Shown here piece after piece: positions 7,977 to 16,113 of a DNA stretch of 39,227 nucleotides. A model generated the notes under the pieces. The model searched no databases and had not been told where the DNA came from. It was given only the letters and a program-made list of their open reading frames with translations. Source of the DNA: a bacterium (GTDB lineage Bacteria; Vulcanimicrobiota; Xenobia; Xenobiales; JADMJV01); the NCBI GenBank assembly GCA_030149525.1, contig JASBRJ010000256.1:1-39227 (forward strand), in the 5' to 3' direction. Every line of letters starts with the position of its first letter. Within the stretch, counting starts at the first letter, position 1. The position numbers and the translations under genes are program-made.

Positions 7977-9572
7977 GGCCATAATGAGTGGTTCCACGAG
8001 GCCCTGGGCAGTCTCAACCGCCTCCTCCAGTTCAAAATTCAGGAGCCGCTCGATCACTCTGCACATTTCCGGCACCCTGCCGGTTTCTTCTCCTACCGCA
8101 ATGAACTCTGTGAGGAGTGGCGGAAAGAATGAAGAGCGTCGCAGTGCAAACTCGAGAGTATTACCGTTCATAACACGGGTTATGACCCGCTCCATCTCCT
8201 CCCGAACCGTTTCCGAGCCGGAGGCGATTCCGGCCAACCGCAGGCTGGCGTCCAAATAGAGGCCGGCTTCCAACTGCAGCCCCAGCGCCCTCACTAAACG
8301 GGTTGTGAGAAGCGTCTTGTAGATAGAGCTTGCAAGCGGGAGCCCCAGCAGCCAATTTTCGAAACGTCGACTCCGCAGAATGGGAGCAGCGACAGGCCTT
8401 GCCACTGCGGCTATAGCAAAGACTACCAGGACGGTGACAGGCTGAGAGAGCAGCCAAGAACCCGCCATGACCACTTGGCTCAACCAAGGTAGTTCCACGC
8501 CACTTTGAGTCAAGTTCTCGAAGAAGTCGTTCAGAAAGAGTGGTGGAGCGGCCAAGATAAGAATCAGACAGAAGACAAAAATGACGGTTGGATAGAGCAG
8601 TGCTGAAATCAATCGACCGCGGGTCTGAACCTCGCTTTCCACAGCTCTTGCGATAGTTTCAGCCGTGGTGTCGAGCGTTCCGGAGTTCTCTCCGACCTTG
8701 ATAAGTTTTCGTTCGTGGAGAGGAAAGAGTAGATGAAAGCGGCTCATGGCTCTGGAGAGGGGGCACCCTTTCTCCACATCCTCCAGGAGCTGGGCGGAGA
8801 AGGGAGCAAACCTGTTCTCGCTCTCAGAAAGGAGCTGAAGCGACCTGTGCACCGGAAAGCCTGAAGCGAGCATGCAGGCTAAAGCTCGGTAAAAGACGGC
8901 CTTATCGGATAAGCTCGGTCGAGGTCGTCGCCTGAGGTGAGGCGGCGCCTTCAGAATCTCCTCCGTTGCCCGCGGTTGGAGATCTGCTCCGCTCGCCCCT
9001 GTGGTTCTCCGGGCTTCCGCCGATACCGGTTCCTCGAGAGGGGGCTCCTGATGCCTTTCCAGCCGGGCCAGTGCTCTGGCTAAAGCCGTAGCCAATCTGA
9101 TGGCCCAACGAAGCTCCTCCAGATTGAACGCGTTGATGAGGGAGGCGCTATCGATGTAGATAAGACCCTTAGTGTTGCCTCCCATAATGACTGGAGCACA
9201 TAAAACGCTTCTCTGACCGATCCTCTTGACACTATGACTGGCTTGAAATTCGGCCTCGTTAAGGGCGTCGCCTATAACAATGGCCCTATTGGTGCGGCGG
9301 ACCCGACGAATGATGGCGCGACTGATCTCTTCGGTGGTGACAACGAAGGCGGCTTTGTTCCCGTAGCACGCTCTCACCGCCAAAGCACGATGCTCTTGAT
9401 GGAGTAGGAGAATGCGATCAGCGAAGGAGAAACGCTCCCGACAGAGTGAAAGCGCCTCCTCGAAAAGACTCTCGGGAGTCGTGGAGACAAGCTCTACCGG
9501 ATCCTGGCCGATCGGAAGAACGTCGCCGTCGGGTTCGCTTCCCGGACGGTCTAACTGACAAGAGTCAGCCAA
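7899..9572 (-). CDS. GAF domain fused to GspF/PilC-type secretion platform protein (557 aa)
   Basis: A ~180-aa N-terminal GAF-like fold (…VLCAPVIMGGNTKGLIYIDSASLINAFN…) and a basic linker (RRRPRPS). Two T2SSF repeats follow with three TM segments (LLYPTVIFVFCLILILAAPPLF; VVMAGSWLLSQPVTVLVVFAIAAV; LIMAVVGLLVGLVALACLLPLV). TTG start. Confidence 0.75.
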   Translation of the reverse strand: MADSCQLDRPGSEPDGDVLPIGQDPVELVSTTPESLFEEALSLCRERFSFADRILLLHQEHRALAVRACYGNKAAFVVTTEEISRAIIRRVRRTNRAIVIGDALNEAEFQASHSVKRIGQRSVLCAPVIMGGNTKGLIYIDSASLINAFNLEELRWAIRLATALARALARLERHQEPPLEEPVSAEARRTTGASGADLQPRATEEILKAPPHLRRRPRPSLSDKAVFYRALACMLASGFPVHRSLQLLSESENRFAPFSAQLLEDVEKGCPLSRAMSRFHLLFPLHERKLIKVGENSGTLDTTAETIARAVESEVQTRGRLISALLYPTVIFVFCLILILAAPPLFLNDFFENLTQSGVELPWLSQVVMAGSWLLSQPVTVLVVFAIAAVARPVAAPILRSRRFENWLLGLPLASSIYKTLLTTRLVRALGLQLEAGLYLDASLRLAGIASGSETVREEMERVITRVMNGNTLEFALRRSSFFPPLLTEFIAVGEETGRVPEMCRVIERLLNFELEEAVETAQGLVEPLIMAVVGLLVGLVALACLLPLVRMVQNFL

Positions 9573-9659
9573 TATATTTTCCGTAAAAAAGTATCATTTG
9601 CGCCCGTCAAACACAGACGCCCACCAACTCGTTCAGGATAAACTATTTTGGAGCGTTTG

Positions 9660-10742
9660 TCAGATAGGAGTTTGCGATTCGAATCGCGTGGAGGGCAGGG
9701 GGCGGGGCAAAAAGTCAGGCGTCACAGGCCTCTCCTCCATGGGGATGTGGAACACGGGAGTGGCCCCACCTGAGAGCGGCGGAACGATCCAGGACCAGTT
9801 AGCATTGACTCTGCGGGAAGCTTTCTCTTCCAGCTCCATGTATTTCAAGAATTGTCTTGAAGCGGTGTGATGATCCACGATGGTCACTCCGGCGCGTTGG
9901 AAAGAGTGAAGCACAGCCCTGTTGAGTTCTACCAGAGTCTGATCTCGCCACAGAGTTCTTTCGTCGCTGATGTCATACCCGAATCGCCAGGCCAACTTGG
10001 GCAGCAGATTATAGCGATGAGGGTCGGCCAGATTTCTGGCCCCGATCTCCGTCCCCATGTACCACCCACTGAAGCAACAGGGAAAATGCAATCCGCCCAC
10101 CTCCAGCAAGTTGTTACTAATCACCGGAAGAGCGTGCCAACGGAGTCCGAGCCCCTTGAACCAGGCTTTCTCAGGATGCTCCAACTCCACCTCGAGGACC
10201 GCCTCCGATGGAAGTTCAAAAAGCTCCACTCGAGGGCCGTTTTGGATGGCCAGCGGAAGAACCTGAAACGGCTTACCCGTCGGCTCCCATCCCAAAGCTC
10301 GGAGCCGTGCCACAAACTCGGCCTGCTCAGGGTCGTCGGCATATCGGATAAGTTGGGAATTCAAAACGGTGGGAGTGTCGGGCCCGAAGACGGTGAGAAT
10401 CGGCTTTATGAGCCCGCCGTTCGTCGATTCCACCAGATGCTCGACACAGCTTTCGAATGTCTCCCTTGAACTTCGAAGGTGCCGAAAATCTCTGACCTCC
10501 AGTTGACGCCACACCAGACGGCCGATACAGCGAGCGTTGTTCCGCCAGGCTAGCTTCCCCCCAAAATCGAGTTCACTGGGACTAAGAGTATAGGTTCCTG
10601 TGGCCAGGAATTCTGCTTCTATAGCTTTCCATCGCTCAGATTTCTCCGCTGGAGAGAGAAGCTGTTCCTCGACCAATTCCTGGAGAAAGGCATGCACCGA
10701 CTCCCGGAGAGCCGGTGGAACGTTCTTTTGAAGACGAGGCAT
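9660..10742 (-). CDS. nos: Bacterial nitric-oxide synthase, oxygenase domain only (bNOS)
   Basis: Signature motifs AWRNNARCIGRLVW (heme-thiolate Cys), FSGWYMGTEIGARN and NWSWIVPP. The 360-aa length with no reductase or Zn-hook N-terminus matches bacterial NOS (e.g. Bacillus, Deinococcus). Confidence 0.9.
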   Translation of the reverse strand: MPRLQKNVPPALRESVHAFLQELVEEQLLSPAEKSERWKAIEAEFLATGTYTLSPSELDFGGKLAWRNNARCIGRLVWRQLEVRDFRHLRSSRETFESCVEHLVESTNGGLIKPILTVFGPDTPTVLNSQLIRYADDPEQAEFVARLRALGWEPTGKPFQVLPLAIQNGPRVELFELPSEAVLEVELEHPEKAWFKGLGLRWHALPVISNNLLEVGGLHFPCCFSGWYMGTEIGARNLADPHRYNLLPKLAWRFGYDISDERTLWRDQTLVELNRAVLHSFQRAGVTIVDHHTASRQFLKYMELEEKASRRVNANWSWIVPPLSGGATPVFHIPMEERPVTPDFLPRPLPSTRFESQTPI

Positions 10743-10770
10743 ATCAGCCCATTCCCCCCCGCGGGGAGAT

Positions 10771-12003
10771 CTACACCCTGGGTTGAATGATGGTTTCCAC
10801 TGCGCCGTCCGCTGTTACGGTGAGAAATCTCCCCTGATGGAAAGCTGTGGGCTGAAAGTCTTCCAGCCGGCAGAGCATAGCTCCGGTCTTTATGTCCCAA
10901 ATCGTTGTTCCGCCAAGTGGAGAGACGGCGTAGAGCACTTCGTGAAAAGCAAGCCAACCTTGATTGTCGACCTCGGGCCCGGGAAACCAGTCCACCTCCC
11001 GTCCACTGGAGACATCAAATATTCTAATGGCGGGGAAAAGAGATTTGTCATCCACCCCTCCCCCCCAAACGGCCAGACGCTGATCATTGAGCCAAACCAG
11101 AGGCGTGTCCCAAACATACTCCCGATGACAGAACTCTTTAACACTTTCTCCGTCGTCGGACTCATAAGGGTTTTCAGAGAGCCAGGGGTCTATATCCCAG
11201 GTGCGCACCGTACCGAGGGGATGCCACATCCATCCGTTCTCAGCCAGTCGACTCTGCTCAGGCGAGGGCACGAGTCGACAGTGAAAATAGTCCAGCCGCT
11301 GATAATCGGCTCGTTCGGTGAGCACTTCCAAAGTCTTGAGATCGGTAACCTGCAGCATATTCCAATCGGTGGCGTGGACAAGGCAGAGGCGATTTCTGTT
11401 GGAGATCAGGGCCGCCGGGAAAGAACAGTGGCGAAGGTGATATCCGCCTCGCTGAAATCTGAGGACGACCTCTCCGCTGCTCACGGAATAGACATAACCT
11501 TTGTTATGAAAGTCGTTGACCAGGAGCGCGAAGTCACCTAAAACCTGAAACTGAAACGGTTTGTGGAAGTCCACTTTACAGTGGATGAGAGCCGCTCCCG
11601 GCTCCTGGCCCAGCCAGACGAACTCCTTCCGAGGAGTGATGCCCAGCCAACCCTTCGAGGTCCCCGTTACGGCCAACAGGCCTTCGCTATGAAGCACCTG
11701 CTCTTGCCGCTCGAAGGTGACCTCTGCCTTGGCCGTTTCAGGTCGACCCGTGATCTGACCAAGGGTCGCGAGTTTTTCAATTCGCTCAAACTGTTCGGGC
11801 GTCACATTCTGAAGATGCTCTCGGCAGCAATCCAGACAATGCAGTTCGTAATCTTTTCCCTGACCGGTGTAGTGCTTAAGATAGTCCAGGTTATCGTTCA
11901 AATCGTCGTCGGTGGCGGAGCAGAGCATGGCGCATGCTCGGTTCTGAAGTTTTTCCTTGAGTTGCATGGTGAGCATCCATTTATCTATTGATAGCTCTTT
12001 CAT
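10771..12003 (-). CDS. Hypothetical protein, Cys/His-rich N-terminus (HCLDCCREH) + probable beta-propeller (WD40-like) body; immediately upstream of nos
   Basis: 410-aa ORF with repeating beta-strand motifs (IWDIKTG, IFDVSSG, VTDLKT) and an N-terminal C/H cluster. A 28-nt gap to nos suggests co-transcription. Confidence 0.6.
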   Translation of the reverse strand: MKELSIDKWMLTMQLKEKLQNRACAMLCSATDDDLNDNLDYLKHYTGQGKDYELHCLDCCREHLQNVTPEQFERIEKLATLGQITGRPETAKAEVTFERQEQVLHSEGLLAVTGTSKGWLGITPRKEFVWLGQEPGAALIHCKVDFHKPFQFQVLGDFALLVNDFHNKGYVYSVSSGEVVLRFQRGGYHLRHCSFPAALISNRNRLCLVHATDWNMLQVTDLKTLEVLTERADYQRLDYFHCRLVPSPEQSRLAENGWMWHPLGTVRTWDIDPWLSENPYESDDGESVKEFCHREYVWDTPLVWLNDQRLAVWGGGVDDKSLFPAIRIFDVSSGREVDWFPGPEVDNQGWLAFHEVLYAVSPLGGTTIWDIKTGAMLCRLEDFQPTAFHQGRFLTVTADGAVETIIQPRV

Positions 12004-12014
12004 TATACTTCAAG

Positions 12015-12050
12015 AAAAAAGAAAAAGGCGAGGGGTTCCTCGCCTTTTTT
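12015..12050 (-). terminator. Intrinsic (rho-independent) terminator hairpin between flotillin gene and downstream gene; bidirectional in form
   Basis: GGCGAGG-ggtt-CCTCGCC stem-loop (12027-12044) flanked by an A-tract on one side and a T-tract on the other. On the minus strand it is followed by TTTTTCTTTTTTC. Confidence 0.6.
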
Positions 12051-12053
12051 GGC

Positions 12054-13706
12054 CTAACTGGCCTTATTTTTGTCCAGGTGACTCATAAGTCGCTCGGCCC
12101 CCTTGTCGGACAAGAGTCCAGGAGCCTGTTCGAGCAGCTTGGAGAGCCCTTCGCGCATCCCGGCCGGCAAGCCCGCCGAGAGTCCTTGAGCCGCTACGCC
12201 CAAGGCCATACCTTGATTCCAGGAAGCACTCATACTGGCCAACGTGTCGGGTCCGCCAAAGACCTGGACGTTGGCCTCGGACCAGGCAAGCCCCATGGCT
12301 TCGGCCCGAGCGATTTCGACTCTGGCTTCAGCTTCGATGCGATGCTTGGCCAACTCAAAAGCCAGTAGCTCCGGGGTGTAGGCTTCAGCGCGCTTTCTGA
12401 GGCCCTCCGCTTCAGCGGCAAGCTTTGCAGCAGTCGCCTCGGCTTCATTAAGGGCCTTCTGACGAGCAAGCTCGATCTTGCGGGCCTCCACTTCAAGGCG
12501 ACGCTCCTCGAGTTCCACCGCGGCGAGCCCGTCCACCATGGCCTGAGCCTTTGCGCCTTCGGCTAGAAGCTTCTGCTCCTTAGCTCGAGCATCGGCTTTA
12601 GTGGCCAGCGCCTGGGCCTCTTGCTCAGCAGCCTTCACCTTGGCCTGGGCTTCGATGAGCAGAACTTCTTCTGCTTTCTCGGCATCGATTCTGGCCAGTG
12701 TTCGGACTCGCTCGGCCTCCTTTACCGCTTCGAATTCGAGCTTCTCCGCTTCAATTCGAGTGGACTCCATCTGCGCAAACTCACGCAGTTGGAGTTCCTT
12801 CTCCTGAACATTGCGGTCAGCTTCGAGAAGGGCTTGCTTCTTCTCACGATCGGCAAGTTCCAACTCGCGCGCCTTCGCTCGGCGAGCCAACTCCAGGCTC
12901 TGATTGCGCTCCTGAAGCTCCAGCTCTTTTTCGATCTTGGCCACCGAAAGCTCATGCTCTTTGGAGAGCTGAACCCGCTCTTTCTCCTTGCCTCGACCAA
13001 AAAGAGCCTCATCTTTGGCTATATCCATCTCCTGGATAGAGCGCTCGGTGAGCTTCTTCTCTTCAGCCTGACTTCGGGTCTCCTTCTCTACCGTGCGAGT
13101 CTTGGCTGTCTTTTCAGCCTCGATAGCTTCGGTAATCTCCCTGTCCTTATGAGCTTCACGCTCGGCAATGAGAGACTGAACGACTTCGCCGCCGATGTTG
13201 GTGATTTTGACACTGATCAGATCGAAGCCCAGACTTCTGGCAACGGCGTTCATTCCTGGAGAGCTCTGCTCAGCAAGACAGTCTTTCGCTCTCATGATCT
13301 CGTCCAGAGGAAGGGTTACCGAGGCGCTTCTTAACTCGGCTTCCGCGACTTTGGAGATCTCGCTTGTCAGAAGCTCAATATCTTCACCGATAAGACGGGC
13401 CGCCACCCCCGGCTCCGCAAGCTTAATGATAGCTATGGCCGAGATGGTGAAAGGCGTGTTGTCGGAATCGCGCACATGGAGTTCTTCCAGATTGACCGGA
13501 ATAGCTTTGGTGCTGAGCTTGAAAACTTGAGTCCAGCGGGTCTTCCAGTAGGACGTATCACCATCGGCTTGATGGATTCGCTGACCGTCTTTTTTGTTAA
13601 CGACATGGACTTCATCCGGTGGGACGACAATTTTACGCGGAATCAGTCCAACTTTATCTTCTCCGCTCACATAGCGGGAAATCTCTTCATGAAGGTGAGG
13701 ATGCAT
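12054..13706 (-). CDS. Flotillin-like SPFH/band-7 domain protein with long Glu/Ala/Lys/Arg-rich coiled-coil (FloT/YqiK-like)
   Basis: N-terminal SPFH domain, then about 300 aa of EA-repeat coiled coil (…EAEKLEFEAVKEAERVRTLARIDAEKAEE…), characteristic of flotillins. Confidence 0.85.
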   Translation of the reverse strand: MHPHLHEEISRYVSGEDKVGLIPRKIVVPPDEVHVVNKKDGQRIHQADGDTSYWKTRWTQVFKLSTKAIPVNLEELHVRDSDNTPFTISAIAIIKLAEPGVAARLIGEDIELLTSEISKVAEAELRSASVTLPLDEIMRAKDCLAEQSSPGMNAVARSLGFDLISVKITNIGGEVVQSLIAEREAHKDREITEAIEAEKTAKTRTVEKETRSQAEEKKLTERSIQEMDIAKDEALFGRGKEKERVQLSKEHELSVAKIEKELELQERNQSLELARRAKARELELADREKKQALLEADRNVQEKELQLREFAQMESTRIEAEKLEFEAVKEAERVRTLARIDAEKAEEVLLIEAQAKVKAAEQEAQALATKADARAKEQKLLAEGAKAQAMVDGLAAVELEERRLEVEARKIELARQKALNEAEATAAKLAAEAEGLRKRAEAYTPELLAFELAKHRIEAEARVEIARAEAMGLAWSEANVQVFGGPDTLASMSASWNQGMALGVAAQGLSAGLPAGMREGLSKLLEQAPGLLSDKGAERLMSHLDKNKAS

Positions 13707-13967
13707 GGGAAACTGCCTTTCTCTGGTTGAAAAACGAACACTTGGGAACGACTAGAACCGTCGGGATCCACGAACACCACCACCTTTCTCTTGTTTCAAT
13801 AGGTCAAATCATACTAGAGACTTTTTCTTTTTGTCAATATTTTTTTACTAATTTTCTCTTTAGGAAACCTTCTTGCGTCTCCATTCTGCTCGAAGGCTTC
13901 CATACCGCAGCCTCGTACTTAACGAACGGCTCATTAGTGAGCAAATATCCATCCCGCGGAGGCCGTC

Positions 13968-15224
13968 GTGCCCGATATAGACCATTTCCTAAAATCAGAA
14001 TCTGTTCATGGCCGCTATCAAGACTCGGGCGACTTTACGGTCTCGCCGGAAAAAGCTCTTGAAAAGGTTCGGGAATTCAACTTCGCTCGTCCCTATGACT
14101 GGGTCCTGGCTCTCATTCAAGCCGGTCATCTTGTGCTTGGAGGAGCCAGAAGAATGGACATCTCAGGGTCCCGGAAAGGGATCGAAATTCACCTCCACGG
14201 GGTCGAACCCGACACCCTGAAAGCCTTGTATCCGATCCTCTTATCGTTTGAAAAGACGACGCCCGCCTTGGAAGCGTTTCGCCGATGCGCCTGGGGTTTG
14301 CTCAACACTTCTCGATTCACCCTTCGTCAGGGTGATTTGATCGTGCACTGGGCCGAGGAGTCACTCACGACCGAGACAGCAGCGCCGAAAAAGAAAGTGG
14401 GCGATTGGAACCTTGTTTGGGAGGTCTACGACAAAGGTGTCGAGCAACAAAGTTGGCGAAAACAATCGGCCTTACGAGCTCGAATTCTTCTGGACATCAA
14501 ATCCGCTGTCGAAGAAAAAGCCTACCACAGCACCGTCCCCGTGCTGCTGGATCTAAGAAGCATACGAACGTCTCCCAACTTAGGGGGAAACTCACCCTGT
14601 TCCCCTCTCGTCGTAGCGCGCGGAAAGCCTGGATTGAACACAGGTCAATTGGTCAAGCAACCCTGGAACGAATTCCGACTCCTCCATTCCGAGCCACTCT
14701 TTGAGTTTGAGCAAAGGCACGCTTCTCTGACCCTGCTCTACTGTTGTCGACTCGATCTGAAGCCGGCCGGTCCGGGATACTCGCTCAAGCGCCCGAGTCT
14801 CGAACCGTCGCGCTCCAGCCTGCGACTCAATAAGAACGGTGTCGTTGTGTACCAAAAACCGGCGTCGACACCGACCCCCGTCTCCTGTCACATCATCGCC
14901 GACTGCAACAACCTGCAGACGGATATCACCGGCTTGGCGGCAAGAGAGGAAGACGCCCTACGATTTCTGGCAAATCTTGAGAGTCAATATGGCTCCTCGC
15001 TCAACGAGATAGCCCTCAAGCTCTGGAAAGACATCAACCGAGCCATCTCTACCAAGCCGTTCATATTCGATCAACTCTCCCACCCCACCGATCCCGAGGA
15101 GGAAGCCAAAAGCCAGGGGGTTCTCTCCTGGATTTTCACTCCGTTGACTTCTAGTTCAGGTAGCGTATTAGGCCCGCTGGTGCTCCGTGCCGTTAGGGAA
15201 ACGAAAGACTTTTATCTTCACTGA
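13968..15224 (+). CDS. Hypothetical protein (418 aa), no recognised domain
   Basis: Long ORF with protein-like composition, divergent from the flotillin gene across an AT-rich intergenic region (13707-13967). Confidence 0.5.
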   Translation: MPDIDHFLKSESVHGRYQDSGDFTVSPEKALEKVREFNFARPYDWVLALIQAGHLVLGGARRMDISGSRKGIEIHLHGVEPDTLKALYPILLSFEKTTPALEAFRRCAWGLLNTSRFTLRQGDLIVHWAEESLTTETAAPKKKVGDWNLVWEVYDKGVEQQSWRKQSALRARILLDIKSAVEEKAYHSTVPVLLDLRSIRTSPNLGGNSPCSPLVVARGKPGLNTGQLVKQPWNEFRLLHSEPLFEFEQRHASLTLLYCCRLDLKPAGPGYSLKRPSLEPSRSSLRLNKNGVVVYQKPASTPTPVSCHIIADCNNLQTDITGLAAREEDALRFLANLESQYGSSLNEIALKLWKDINRAISTKPFIFDQLSHPTDPEEEAKSQGVLSWIFTPLTSSSGSVLGPLVLRAVRETKDFYLH

Positions 15225-15568
15225 ACATCTAGGCCGGCCTCAGAGCTCCGGGAACAGAGCAAGGCCTGCTCCAGCCACTCCAGGTTGAGCGGCAACTCAA
15301 TCCCTAGCTCCACATGCCCGGTCCGTGGATTCTGTCCTTGCCAAACGACTTTGCCGAGACAGGTTTGAGAGCTTGAGGTGTCGGATTGCGTAAGAGCCGA
15401 CAACTTAATGGACTTGCCGACTTTTCGAGAAGGCCGACAGGACAAACGAACTCCCCCCTGACTGACGTCGGTTAAGATACCGAGACCGCCCTGATTATAG
15501 GCGTCGTAGTGGACCAGAATACGACAAAGGTGACGTTGATGAATACGGTGGTTGCTGAGGGTGTTCAT
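15218..15568 (-). CDS. PilZ-domain protein (putative c-di-GMP receptor), ~116 aa from internal ATG
   Basis: PilZ signature QRHLCR (RxxxR) followed 21 aa later by DVSQGG (DxSxGG). The ATG at 15568 overlaps the stop of the upstream 88-aa ORF (ATGA). Confidence 0.6.
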   Translation of the reverse strand: MNTLSNHRIHQRHLCRILVHYDAYNQGGLGILTDVSQGGVRLSCRPSRKVGKSIKLSALTQSDTSSSQTCLGKVVWQGQNPRTGHVELGIELPLNLEWLEQALLCSRSSEAGLDVQ

Positions 15569-15831
15569 GGCGTCTGCGCCCCCTCGAAATAGGTATCGAG
15601 ATGTCGTGGCTGCATCTCTTCGGGTAACGATACATTGGTACCGACTCCGAGGGAGAACGACTCCAGGGGAGCATAGAAATCGCGCTGGCTTCGCTCCCAC
15701 TCCTCGTCGAGGACTCGAAGGTTGTTGATAATGTGTAAAGCTCGGTAGACAGCTTCAGTGGCACTGGGAGTCGGCTGCTCGTTCATGCAGCTTTCCAGGA
15801 GTGCCTCCCAAGATAGGTCGGTCTTTGACAT
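15565..15831 (-). CDS. Small hypothetical protein (88 aa) translationally coupled to PilZ gene
   Basis: ORF ending in an ATGA overlap with the PilZ start. Acidic, protein-like composition. No homolog recognised. Confidence 0.4.
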   Translation of the reverse strand: MSKTDLSWEALLESCMNEQPTPSATEAVYRALHIINNLRVLDEEWERSQRDFYAPLESFSLGVGTNVSLPEEMQPRHLDTYFEGAQTP

Positions 15832-15982
15832 AGAATCCTCCCTTTGGTGCAGGTTATTGGGTCGGAGGCAGTCGTTCTTGTCGATGAGATTGTTGTGCGA
15901 GAGTCGGGCCCGAAAAGACGGGCGAGAGATTCTAACTTCCCACTTGTACTTACCCGAATCTTAGATAGTCCAAACGTACCAC

Positions 15983-16004
15983 GTTCAAGACAGACTTCTT
16001 GAAC
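15983..16004. promoter_or_regulatory. Inverted repeat GTTCAAG-n8-CTTGAAC in divergent promoter region upstream of EF-hand gene; possible operator
   Basis: 7-bp perfect arms, with a third TTCAAG half-site 2 nt downstream. It lies in the AT-rich 15832-16113 intergenic region. Confidence 0.3.
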
Positions 16005-16113
16005 ATTCAAGTTTTACATTTTGTTAAAAAACATGCCCTAGTCGGAGAGACAGAGAGCGGGATACCAAAATTGTAAGACATTAACTCACTTGAAGTATTG
16101 AAGGGCTACTCAA

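Noticed and set aside
8161-8487. Several 60-110-aa ORFs on both strands inside 7900-9570 (e.g. 8161..8487, 8902..9108, 7984..8259)
   Set aside because: They overlap the GAF-GspF coding frame. They are Arg/Gly/Pro-rich alternative-frame products typical of GC-rich DNA.
9573-9659. Attempted -35/-10 promoter call (TTGACG … GATACT) upstream of the GAF-GspF operon, and the 12-bp palindrome CGATTCGAATCG at ~9675
   Set aside because: The spacing between the hexamers is wrong (9 nt). The palindrome lies inside the nos coding sequence. No confident call is possible without data.
9660-10742. NOS as eukaryotic contamination
   Set aside because: It has the oxygenase domain only (360 aa) with no reductase or CaM-binding region. 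It has a bacterial-type N-terminus and is embedded in a bacterial operon context.
12621-13334. 237-aa Leu/Ser/Phe-rich plus-strand ORF and neighbours (12698..13039, 12722..13012)
   Set aside because: They are antisense to the flotillin coiled-coil region. The repetitive GAG/GCC codons on the sense strand give long open frames on the opposite strand.
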